In this document: positions 38,980 through 50,636 of the stretch, piece by piece
Layout: every line of letters starts with the position of its first letter
How positions within the stretch are numbered: the first letter of the stretch is position 1
Assembly (NCBI RefSeq): GCF_006345805.1
Contig: NC_043002.1
Span: 74,276,001 to 74,340,000, forward strand
Direction of reading: 5' to 3'
From: Octopus sinensis
Taxonomy: Eukaryota
Length of the DNA stretch: 64,000 nucleotides
Translations under genes and position numbers: made by a program
Notes under the pieces: model-generated
Database searches by the model: none
Seen by the model: only the letters and a program-made list of their open reading frames with translations
What the model was told of the DNA's origin: nothing

Positions 38980-39480
38980 GTGAAGGTAACGCAGCTTAGC
39001 AGTAAGAGTATTCCGCTCACGATCGTAAAGTCGTGAGTTCGAATCTCGGCGGCGCGTGGTGCCCTTGAGTTATTTTATTTATGCGTCTTTTTCAAGCCTA
39101 GCCAGGCTCATAGGCCCGGTTTCTATGGCGTATGAGTGAGAGAAGTTGGGGCGAAAGAGTACAACAGGGGTCGCCACCACCCCCTACCGGAGCCTCGTGA
39201 AGCTGTAGGTGTTTTCACTCAATAAACACACACAACGCCCGGTCTGGGAATCGAAACCGCGATTCCGCTGCCCTAACCACTGGGCCATTGCACCTCCACA
39301 GGTGTCCTTGAGTAAGACATTTTATTTCACGATGCAGGAATTAGATGTATCACGCTGAACCTCTCTGAGAACTACGCTAAGGGTACGCGTGTCAATGGAG
39401 TGTTCAGCCACTTCTACGTTAATCTCACGAGCAGACTGTTCTGTTGATCGAATCTACAGGAACACTCGTCGTCCTAACCA
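38980..39480 (+). mobile_element. SINE family D with a nested family-E insertion (39071-39300, minus)
   Basis: 13-bp TSD GGTG(C/T)CCTTGAGT at 39058-39070 / 39301-39313. Confidence 0.8.
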
Positions 39481-39673
39481 ACACACACACACACATATGG
39501 TTTATAGATGAGAATCAGATAGTCTCCGTATAGAATACACTTAGCAGGGCTCAAGAGAATTGAACTTGAGAGCGGGTATAGAAATAAATGTGGGGTTAAG
39601 CAAGTTAGATCAATATATAAGGTTTTACTATATTAATACCTGAAATACAAGAAATGTATACAAATTATATATA

Positions 39674-39733
<60 letters not shown>

Positions 39734-40153
39734 GTGTGTGTGCGTTTACATACAAAACAGGTCCGACTTACACAGTATACAAATGAAATAGAAAATTTAA
39801 GGGGTTGCAGAAAAGTATTACAAATCCAACAGCTGTTTCTGGGGGCTCGGTGGTCCAAAATAATGTTTGTGGATTGATTCCATCATAGGATGTGATGAGC
39901 CTCCGTCTTCAGGGAAGAAGATCTGACATTTGAGGTTTTAAAGGAGAGAAGTTCAAAGATGGGATGATTTTGTGGAGAGCTAAGTGTATTGGGAGGAGGA
40001 GTTGGAGAAGTATTCTGATAGGGAATAGTGAGAGGAGAAAAATAAGTATCAGGAGTGAGGAGTTAATAGTAGGGAGTTATAGTAGCTGACGTGGAAAGTA
40101 AGAAGAAGAGGGGAAGGTTTTGTAGGTAGCATGTAAATGGTAGTCTATTGTGC

Positions 40154-40204
<51 letters not shown>

Positions 40205-40442
40205 GCGCGCGCAGCAGGACCGAACCCGAAATTAAGTGGTTGTGAAGCAAACTTCTTAACCATACAACCACACCTTACAAATATATACATACACATTTGG
40301 GACCACTTTAGCGAGCAGTTTAACTCTAAGCCCCAGCCCTAACCAGATCTGATCATTTCACAGTGTAGACTAAGGGTGGGTCTTACTGTAGACCGCACGC
40401 TAAAACAGCACCCATTTTATATGAATACACATATACATATAT

Positions 40443-40722
40443 TCCCAGCGCTTGAATTCATTTAGATCCAGGGACAGAGAAAACTCCACTTCCTTGACAC
40501 GCTTTCTCTGGAGACTTCGTAACTTCTGAGACGAAACACCCAGCATCAAGTGGACTATTACAGACAGGGTGCCACCATATTCCCCCAGCACACCTAATTG
40601 TCAGCTGTGCCTCCACGAAAAACTGCATATCATCTACCAATCCGTAGTATCCATCAACAAGAAATCTGAGGTATCGTATTGCTATCACCGGAGATACACC
40701 CTTCTGGTAAATTTCAAGCCAC
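40443..40722 (+). pseudogene. Penelope-like retroelement GIY-YIG endonuclease C-terminal remnant
   Basis: One frame reads SFRSRDRENSTSLTRFLWRLRNF*DETPSIKWTITDRVPPYSPSTPNCQLCLHEKLHII...INKKSEVSYCYHRRYTLL, the typical PLE pattern (SF..NSTxLS..W..IKWxI..PY..CxLCLxEK..NKxSE..CxH). Confidence 0.8.
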
Positions 40723-40899
40723 TGACCGCTGACAATCCTGATATACCTCCTTAGTACCAGCCACCCATAGTACCACCTGCACCAAGGTGACCGTCACAAA
40801 TGAACCCCTATGAACAGTACCGCAAATCACCAATCTCCAACACTTCTCCATGCCTATCTACCCGCATACCCTCACTCCTTGTGCATAACCACACGAGTA

Positions 40900-41285
40900 T
40901 ATGTGTACGTGCACGCATGTGCATGACTGCGCATATGCATCTGCTCGCCGTATGCATGTGCACTTTGTGTGCGCGGGTGTACATGTGCGCGCATGCGCAC
41001 CCATATACATGTGCACCTGTGCATGTATGTACGCGTGCACGCTCGTTTGTGCGTACGCGTGTGTGCTTGTGTGCATATGTACATGGAGATAAAGGTGTGC
41101 ACGTGTGTGTGTGTGTGTGTATGTGCGCCCGCGTGTATGCATGTGTACCTTCGTGTTTGTATGTGAGTGTACGTGCGCGCGCGGATGGATGTGTGAATGT
41201 ACATCTAAGCACACATGCACACTTGTGTAAGTACGGATGAATACACGCACATATATGGACATGTACATGTACATATATACCTCCA
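40900..41285. repeat. Degenerate (TG/CG/CA) alternating tract
   Basis: Direct reading. Confidence 0.85.
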
Positions 41286-41800
41286 CATCTACCGCCTCTT
41301 CCTACTTCCCCCAATCACACGACCGATTTCTTGACCACCACGCAGTCGATTTCCTGTTCACCATGCGGTATTTTCCAACTAATTGCTGTCACCGGAATAC
41401 CAATATTAAACCGCTACATCGCGCGACCTTTCTCGGCCAATCGCAGGCTAACATCTAATAGTAAACACCGACTCTCTACAACCGAACTCTCATTCAGACC
41501 CCAATGGCCGAAGACTACACTTATTGGTTTCAGATTTTGGCACAAGACCAGCTAGTTCGAGGAAGCGGAGTTAATCGATTTCATCGACCCCAGAACGCAA
41601 CTGATACTTATTTTATCGACTCCAGAAGAACGCAAAGCAAAGTCGACCTCGGCAGAATTTGAACAAAGAACGTAAAGGCGAACGAAATGCCTGTAAGCAT
41701 TACACATTTTGGAGCCTTTAAATATTCGGTGAACAAATTGCTGAAATGGAATCGATAAGAATAAATTATGTAAAAAGAAAAAAAATCAAAGAAAACAACT

Positions 41801-41806
41801 GCTTAC
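41801..41806 (-). other. foxj1: 5' splice donor GTAAGC of the FoxJ1 intra-forkhead intron
   Basis: Homology stops exactly at WQ; canonical donor. Confidence 0.88.
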
Positions 41807-42325
41807 TTGCCAACTTGGATCAGCCATCCGATAGTAAACAAAATTGTCTGTAATCCAGGAATATATCGCAGATAGAGTCATTTTGTTTGACGGACTTGCT
41901 TTCATTGCCATACATATTAGGGCAGCATAGGAAAATGGAGGTTTTACACAAGAGTTTGTTTTATAATCAATTGTCTGATGCTTATTTGTATTTTTGGAAT
42001 TGTTTAGATACATAAAATGGCTGTATTTTAATCTAGAGTCCGATTCTCCATCATCTTGAACAACCCGTAAAACTCCGTTGTCGTCAGCTTCTTCCGATAC
42101 CCCTCCTCTACGTCCCATCGATGTTGTCAAAACCCGCGCTGATTCGCAGTTTGGAGACGGCGACGGATTTGGTACCCGAAGAATCTTTAAGTTCTGAAGC
42201 CAGTTCAGACTGGTGAGACTATCGTCCAAATTAATTGAGCCGGTATTGTAGGTGTCAGACGGGTATTTGGATAACCAATTTTCACGCAGTTGTTTTGCCA
42301 AGTTACTCGTCGTGTAAATAGGCAT
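41807..42325 (-). CDS. foxj1: Forkhead box J1, first coding exon (N-terminus plus first half of the forkhead domain, 173 codons)
   Basis: ATG at 42325 in AAAATG context. FoxJ1 N-terminal motif LDDSLTSLNWLQ, and DYKTNSCVKPPFSYAALICMAMKASPSNKMTLSAIYSWITDNFVYYRMADPSWQ closely matching the FoxJ1 pattern ([44 protein letters not shown]). Ends at a CAA|GTAAGC phase-0 donor. Confidence 0.93.
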
Positions 42326-42403
42326 TTTGAGAGATGAAAGCACTCCAGTGCTCAGGAGAGCTTCACTACGGTCCGAGGAAGCACCCTCCACGGTTTATTC
42401 TGC

Positions 42404-42445
42404 CTGTATGTAAAAATGGAAAATAAAAATTAGTGATTTCCTTCA
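42404..42445 (-). other. foxj1: Predicted 3' splice acceptor upstream of the FoxJ1 start codon
   Basis: Minus strand reads CTAAT (branch-like) TTTTATTTTCCATTTTTACATACAG|GCAGAATAAACC; 78 nt of 5' UTR to the ATG. Confidence 0.6.
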
Positions 42446-44056
42446 ATTAGCAATAAAAAGTTTTATAAACTATAGAGATATGGTGGTATTATCTTATTAC
42501 ATTGTGTAACAAAATTAAAATTTTTTGTCTTTGGTCAGTAAGTGTTATTTCCTATTTGCTTCTATCTGAAAATCAAAAGAAATAACAACTACACCTCTCA
42601 AACTTTGCTTTTGTCACCCGGACATCAATGTTTTGAAACTGACCTATTTTCCATTACATTTCAGACAGATTCAGCGGTGAGTTGCTGAAGCAGAAATATC
42701 GTTATAGCAAATATTCTGCTCAAATACCACAGATTTGCTTGACTGTAACCGCTTGAGTGTGTCTCTTAGTGGCTAACAATATGTACAAATCTGACCATGA
42801 GCAGGAGTGGTTGGGGAGTATCAGAGTCATGTGTTGAGAGGAATTCTTCGGGGTTTGAATAAATGTAACAAAAGCAAAGTTTGAAGGAAATATTAACCAG
42901 TTTTTCATACTTTCTAGGGATAGGCAAATAGGAAATAATAGTTGCTACATAAGGACAAAAATTGTGTTATACAGTGTTATTTTATTGGTATCTAATTTAC
43001 CGACACCGACAGAATGACAGCCAAGCTAGCAAGATTTAAATTTTGGACATCATGGTACGAAATTCTGGAAATTTTGAACACCGTGATTCTAAATTCTAGT
43101 CAGCACGAAGCAATTATTCAGGTGCCTATTGACCAAGTTATCCACACTACTGATATAGACTGATATTTTTTTTTTAAATGTTTTTGTATGACATGCAGAT
43201 ATGTACACATGAATGCACGTATGTAAGAATTGTGGTGAAATCAGTAATAATAATGTACAATATAGGTGTCCATATCCTACAACATAAGAACATTTCGAAT
43301 CAAGACTGCCATCAAATTCAAGCGACTAGGTAATCGACTGAGACAGAAAAGTTTAAAATGTGTAATTGTTAACGAAGTTAACTGCTTAGCGTATGTAAAT
43401 AACCCATTCAAAAAGTAATAAAAAAAAGAAGACAATTATTGGACATGATGACGCTCTCGTGAGACAGTAAAATATGTTTTAACACACGCGTTTACATCAA
43501 AAGTGTTGCAAATCAAATATTATTTAGCAGTATATAGGTTTCATTTTCCTGGTACAAGGCCAGCAAGCTCAAGGGAGAGAGTAAGTTGATGTAATCGACT
43601 CCAGTATTCATTTTACTGACCGCGAAAGGATGAAAGGTAAAGTAGACTTCGGCGTAATTTGAACTCAGAACATAAAGACGAAAGGAATGTCGCAAAGCAT
43701 TGCACCCGGCGTGCTAATGATTTCGCCAGCTCACTGCCTTTTTGTTTGGTAACATATTATGAAATATTTATGAATAACTTACAACAGTCGGAATTCTCAG
43801 ACAAGGATAAAAGACAAATACGTGTTTGTAAATCCAATCATCAAAAGGGCTGCAGAAGCTATACACATTAACTCTATGCAAGTGATGATACATTAATGAA
43901 TGTGAATGTAAACCTTGAACAGTAAGAATGTACATAAATGATTAACAAATTAGTCAATTATTTCTTTACCGCATGCAAGCGACAAGGATATGGGAATATT
44001 TTTGACAACGTGGGCTGGGAAGATGATTCACAGGTAGTTAACACAGGAGATCTGGG

Positions 44057-44311
44057 GGATCTTTTCGGTTTGAACGGCAGTTTTTAACATAATTTCTAGG
44101 TAACTAAAAAATTTTAAACTTCGTATACTGGTAGAATGTGTTTATAAAACACCCTTTTCTCTTGGTTTTATTGAGAAAATTCTATAGTTTGTAAGATATT
44201 TGGGGTTTTTTTCTTCAATTTCTGCAATTTCAACCAATCGATGACGTCCATTGAGTTAAAAATTTCATATGACACCGCTAGAAAAAACTGCCGTTCAAAC
44301 CGAAAAGATCC
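44057..44311. mobile_element. Merlin-like MITE (255 bp)
   Basis: 29-bp perfect TIRs GGATCTTTTCGGTTTGAACGGCAGTTTTT; perfect 8-bp TSD GATCTGGG (44049-56 / 44312-19). 5'-GG termini with 8-9 bp TSDs fit Merlin; hAT not excluded. Confidence 0.8.
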
Positions 44312-45016
44312 GATCTGGGTCCTACATAACTAGATTTTACTTGGTTTCATCAAGAATTAACGATACGTTTTCCCCAAAATATTTCTCCCCAAGACAATTA
44401 GTCACAGACATCACCTGGATTCAAATAGATCGAGCTATCATATCCAAGAGTCCTGCAATTCGCCACGATTTTACTAACCTCCGCTCGCACCTCACATGTA
44501 TACTATGCTTTAAACATAATAAAGTTTCAGTGTGGGTTAGATAAAAAATATATAAACGCATTTTTTCCCCATGTTATTGATATGTGGAAGAAAAACTTCC
44601 TCCCTCCCTCTTTTTTCTGTAGAGTGTTTCGATTGTATTTCTCCTGAATTATGCTGTGTTTTGCATTAAATCTATACCTGCATCTATAAATTTGTCTGTC
44701 CGTCTGTCTGTATGTTTCGCTTAGGCATAGCGATACTAATAATCTAGTGTTAAAACACAATATACACGTGCTTCAGAATAAAGCATTAGTTGAGTACAGA
44801 GCGCAATACGAAATTGGATAAATGACAAAGGGACAGGAAACAATACAATGAACTTCATTAGCTGATAGTTGTTTTTGCTATAAGATGCACTGCACTACTC
44901 AAAGCCGATTGCATGTGCATCACTTTATAGCTTCGTCGGAGCTTTTAAAATAAAAGACAAGTTTATTTAGGAAATCACTTACATGTATAGCAGAAACAGC
45001 AGTAGGCTAATGAAGG

Positions 45017-45098
<82 letters not shown>
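45017..45098. repeat. (TAGA)n microsatellite
   Basis: Direct reading; a second tract lies at 48313-48418. Confidence 0.95.
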
Positions 45099-45322
45099 TG
45101 TGTGTGCGCGTGTATGTGTGTGTATGTATGTATATATACATATACATATATGTGTGTGTCTGTGTGTGAATTTATCGTAAGATTGGTGATCTTTTGAAGC
45201 TGTCACTTTGATTTTTAGCAAGCGGTATTTTTACCCTTCTTTTCTATATTATTACTCATTATTACTGTTTATAATAGTAATAATACTTCACACACACACA
45301 CATATGTATGTATACACACACA

Positions 45323-45368
<46 letters not shown>

Positions 45369-47129
45369 GTGTATATATATATATATATATAATATATATA
45401 TATATATACATATATATTTGCGTGCGTGCGTGTGTGTGTGTGTATGTATGTGTGTGTATATAGAGAGAGATACAGAGCTTTTGTATAAAAGCGTAACACC
45501 ACATATCTTTGAGAGTAGGGTCAATGGAAATGGTGACGCTATGGCTCTCCAAAAATATTTAACGAGGCGAGTGAAGCTACACTACCAGTAATTGTATGTG
45601 GATTGTGGAATAGTTCAGAGAGCGTGCAACTGCAATAACACACATGCATACATGAACTTTTCAGATACAATTTCCAAGTGGAACAGTAAAAGTATGCAAA
45701 ACTTTTTCGAAGTTCGATATATGAGCGTTGTTGTTATCGAAATTCCAGTGATGAATCTTTTGTTTCTTTGTTAGAAACCAGCTTACTCCTTCTATGAAAA
45801 ATACCAATAAACAGAAAAAAAGTAAAGACATTTATTCATCCATACATACATGCTTACGCACACATCTATATAACTATACATGCAAACAGCATCTCACAAT
45901 AAATACATTAAAAAAAAAACTGTTATTGATTAAGACATTCAATGAATATAGGAAAAGCGATCTTGTTAAATACACTTAACTATCGTTAATAGTTCAATCT
46001 ACTTTACTGAAAATAGGTCTAGCAGCAGCTCACTGCTGACATTTGTTTTGACAAATGCTTCTTCATTAGCATTCACTATTGATTTTAAATACTCCCATGG
46101 TCAATGTCTGCTCACACACTGGCCTTCCTATCTGGGAAAGATGTCCCTTGACCTCCTCTAAGCACTATGAAAGCTGAGATAAGCTCCAACATATTGCACT
46201 TATCTATACAGGATACCGAACTGAAAACTGACGAGTAAGTTTCGGAAGGTACCTACAATTGGCAAGGGTGAAGAGTGAATCTCCTTTCACTAGAATAAAC
46301 GAACGAATCTTGATTTGGGGTTTAAAAACTGGGTAACCATAATCATAAAATCATAAAATTATAAAAGCCCCATTTAAAAAATCCTTTTGCCTGTCTCGTG
46401 TATCAAGTGAGACACAGGACATATTTCTATGGCACCCATGCGTCATATATAATATACAAACACAGTATTTTTCGACTACCAGAGTAACTGGGGACCCACA
46501 AAAGAAAAGCTTTATATTACCCAGATTGTATGAAACAAGAGCAAAGTAAAAGTTTGAAAACAAGCACGGGAATTTAAGACAAATTTATGAAAATACTTCG
46601 GGCAGATAAATGGTTAAACGCCATTAATACTGTGTGACTTGATCATCCGTTACCCTTTTCACCGACCAAATACTGACATGTTGCATCTAACACTTTAGGA
46701 AACCTAGGTGATGCGAATGTGAGATAAAGCTTCGAAATGTAGATCCAGTCAGTAAGTTGTGTGATGACACATGAGGTGGATGGTTTATTTTTCCCACCAT
46801 CTATTGATTGCATCCAGGAATAGCTGGCTACTTAGGTTTTAATACAAGTGATTATTGTTGTTGTCAATGATGACTATAATGATGATAATGGTGGTGGTGG
46901 TGGTGGTGGTGGTGGTAGTAGCGGCGGTGGGTGGATGTGGTCGGTAGCATTGATGATGAGGAGTATGTGTGTGTGAGAAAGAGAAGGCGAGAGATTTATT
47001 TATGATGACAAATATAACATAATTACTGTTTTCATTGCAGACGCCATTACAAATGATCATTGGTCATCGAAATACTACTACTACTACTACCACCACCACC
47101 ACCAATGATATTTATATTACCTGTAATAA

Positions 47130-47590
47130 TGGCTTCAAATTTTGGTACAAGGCCAGCAATTTTGGGGAGGGGTCAAGTCGATTACAAAGACCCTCCAGTG
47201 CTCAACTGGTTCATATTTTATCGAGCCCGAAAAGATAAAAAGGAAAAGTCAACCTCGGCGGAATTTGAAATCAGAACATAAAGAGCCAGAAGAAATGCCG
47301 TTAAGCACTTTGTTCGACGCGCTAACGATTCTGCCAGCTTGCTATCCTAATTCTTTCTAATTTTAGCACAAGGCAAGCAATTTTTGAGGGCAGTGTGTGT
47401 GTGTGGGGGAGTAAGTCGAGTACAGCGACCCCCCCCCCCAATGCTGAACTGGTATTTATTTTATCGACGTTGAAAACTGAAATGCTAAGTGAACCTCTGT
47501 GGGATTTGACACCAGAAATTAAAGAACCAGGTGAAACACTGCTGAGTAATTTTTTTCCCGATGCGGTAACGATTCTGCCAACGCGCTGCC
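47130..47590 (-). mobile_element. Two tandem SINE C2 copies
   Basis: 47130-47340 and 47355-47590, each with tail, core and head. Confidence 0.8.
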
Positions 47591-47828
47591 TTTTGCCATC
47601 GCTGCTGCCAATCCAACTCGATCCAACCACACCATCTTCAGATTAGAAGAATACCAGAAAAATGAATAAACGAGTGTTGTGCTTGCAACACAGATCCACA
47701 TTAGCTACCGTTTCAGCACACACACAAACACATGCCATCGCGCCTTTATTTGTGAGTTGACACTGCTAAATAAAATGTACCAACAATATCCGTTTAATAG
47801 AAGGGAAAATCATGAACACGCACACACA

Positions 47829-47885
<57 letters not shown>

Positions 47886-47893
47886 TACAACAC

Positions 47894-48230
47894 AACACCC
47901 GTGGACATGTTTACCAAGTCAGAAAACAGCACAGCTCCCATGACTTTCGGAAACATTTTTTCACGTTAAGAGTTGCTGAAGTATGGGACAAACTGCTGGC
48001 ATCAGTTGTTAGTTGTCGGAGCACTGCATCCTTCAAAACTTCCATGCTTCCTGAGATTCGTCAACACTACACCTGATTTTCTCCCCTCCATACACACGCA
48101 AGCATGTATCTGACTCGTACACTGTTCACTTTCCAGACATTTGTACATTACTGCATATTCTTTATACGCACTTTTTGACAAGTTGTGGTGCACCTGAGCA
48201 CAGTATACAATAATTTCGTTATTATAAAAT
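47894..48230 (+). pseudogene. CR1-type LINE 3' end (ORF2 C-terminus plus 3' UTR)
   Basis: TRGHVYQVRKQHSSHDFRKHFFTLRVAEVWDKLLASVVSCRSTASFK...*(48076), the CR1 C-terminal motif TRGH..R..FF..RV...W..L..VV..S..FK. Confidence 0.8.
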
Positions 48231-48313
48231 AAAAATGGGAATGCATGTGGAGTTCTAAATATTGGTTATTTGTCGTGCAATTTAAAATTTTGATTGCAGT
48301 ACACACACACACT

Positions 48314-48385
<72 letters not shown>

Positions 48386-49202
48386 TAGATAGATAGATAG
48401 AAAAATAGATAGATAGACGGATGGTTATAATGTGTGTCTGAAGAAACATCTTCGTTTTTATATACTTAATGAGAAAATAGATTTGGATTTGTGATTCTAT
48501 CGTAATTACAAAATACAAGTTGATCAATCATTATATTTCAGATAGTTATTGATCAACGTGTATTAGAAATTCTTTTATCTTTTTCCCACAGCTATTTTAC
48601 TTTGAATGTACAGTAATGTTCACTTCCACGGACACTTATATGTGTGAAAGTGAATTCATTAGCAATAACATTTGTTTGCTTGTTTAAAGAAATTTTTTGA
48701 AAATACTTTTAAAAAAAACTGATTAAGAATAACAAATATTTGGTTGTATTATATCGTTATAATCGGAATGTTTAATGTGAAATATGTTTCAGATTTGTTT
48801 CAGGTATTTATCGACCCTTTGTATAGCACATAAACTCCATAGAGGTCAGTATTTACCAGTCTACCGATCCCTACTCTACAACAAGTATTTTAAAAACGTT
48901 TTCTTTTCGCTTAACCTGTTCATCACATCCGGCAGCGTTGGCGTACCTCCTGTAAAGAATATAATATAAAATGACTGAATACCATAAAACAGACAATAAT
49001 GGATCCAATTTTACGGAGACCATAAAACACAACGTATAATATGTTATTAATTATATTTTGATAGAAGGCGGCGAACTGGAAGAATCGTTACCGCGACGGA
49101 AAAAAAAGCTTAGCGACATTTCTTCTACCCTTACATTTTAAGTTCAAATTCTGTTGAGGTCGATTTTGCCTTTCATCCATTTCGGGGTCAACAAAATACC
49201 AG

Positions 49203-49842
49203 GGATCTTTTCCCTTTGAACGGCAGATCGAGGAATTCATTTTTTGTAACTAAACACTTTCAAACTTCGGACACTGGTAGAGTTAGGGTTTTAAGGTTAA
49301 TGTTTTAGGGTTACGGTTAGGGTTTTAGGGTTGGGATGTTAGGGTTAGGGTTGGGATTTTAAGGGTTAGAATTACGAAAAAAAGTGAAAAATGAAGAAAT
49401 TGGAGGGGGGAAAAAAGTCATTCCGAAAATGGTAGCTGAAAAACAGGAAAAAAAACGAACTAAAAGCAGTTGAAATGCACGAATGATTGTGGTGGTGCCA
49501 TGAAGTAAACATGCTTCAGATACACTCGTTTATTCATATAAACGTAACTGAGATGAAATATGTCATAAATAACAGTGACGAACGAAATATACACCGCCGG
49601 AAGTTGTTGTTGACAAACAACAGCAGTAATTTTATTCAGCTGAATACACGTCATTGATTGGTTGAAATTACCGAAATACGACTACTTTAACACAAAATAA
49701 CTTTTAAAATACAAACTTTTTTTCAACAACACTAAGAGTAAAAGATTGTTTTATATGACACATTCTACCAGTGTCCGAAGTTTGAAAGTGTTTAGTTACA
49801 AAAAATTAATTTCTCGATCTGCCGTTCAAAGGGTAAAGATCC
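49203..49842. mobile_element. Merlin-like non-autonomous element (640 bp) with telomere-like repeats, inserted in a SINE C2
   Basis: ~80-bp TIRs GGATCTTT(T/A)CCCTTTGAACGGCAGATCGAG...CTTCGGACACTGGTAGA; TTAGGG-rich 49283-49370; SINE halves at 49070-49202 and 49843-49940. Confidence 0.8.
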
Positions 49843-50636
49843 AGTCAATAAAATAAGTACCTGTTGAGCAGTGGAGTCAATGTAATCGACTCTGCCCCGA
49901 AGTACCAAAAATTGCAAACCTCGTACCAAAATTTGAAGGAAAGTGACTTGTTGGCAGAATCTTTAACGCGCCGAGGAACAAATAAATCGTTGCAATATTT
50001 GTTCCGACTCCATATATTTTGAGTTCAAATCACGTCGATGTCAACTCTACCCTTTATCCTTTCGAGGTCGTTAATATAACGTACCAGCCAACTACTGAGA
50101 TAGATATTATCGAGTAACACCATCCCGTCAAAATTACTCACAAGACATTGATCAGCCCAATAGCTATAGTAGAAAATATTTATGCAAAGGGCCGCACAAT
50201 GAGATCGAAGCGAACTTCTTAACCATACGTCTGTAACTGATACATTTATCTAGATTCTAACAAAAGAATTTCGTCATTTGTTTATTTCTTATTTTATTAA
50301 GAAGGAAGCTGTTAAATGATTGATAAATGCTTGCATGAATTATTTACACGTTGCACTGTTAAATGAACCAAACTCGTTGGCATAAACGCAAGACCGTCTT
50401 TCCTGCAAGGAAATGAAAATGATCCCCTATCGTTTTGATAAACCAAACAGGCTGCTTCGAATAGCCGTCCGTTCAGCAGCAATTATTTTCATAGAAGATA
50501 AATATATAGATCTTCGTCGGTTTCGACGATCTGTAAATTTGTTTGATTAGCTAAACTACCTGCTCATGGAATAAGCATTTACGTGGCTGAGTATTTCACA
50601 GACATATGTGCTTTTCATGTAATAAACAGATGGACC

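Noticed and set aside
41495-41515. Hammerhead in the Penelope relic's downstream region
   Set aside because: GGCCGAAG is present but there is no CUGANGA core.
41786-41806. FoxJ1 ORF tail VSSCFL*
   Set aside because: Read-through into the intron past the GT donor.
42326-42391. ORF-track N-terminal extension MEGASS... of FoxJ1
   Set aside because: It begins at GTG; the ATG at 42325 has AAAATG context and is the first in-frame AUG, so the extension is probably 5' UTR.
49283-49370. True chromosome end or telomere fusion site
   Set aside because: Short, degenerate and enclosed by TIRs.
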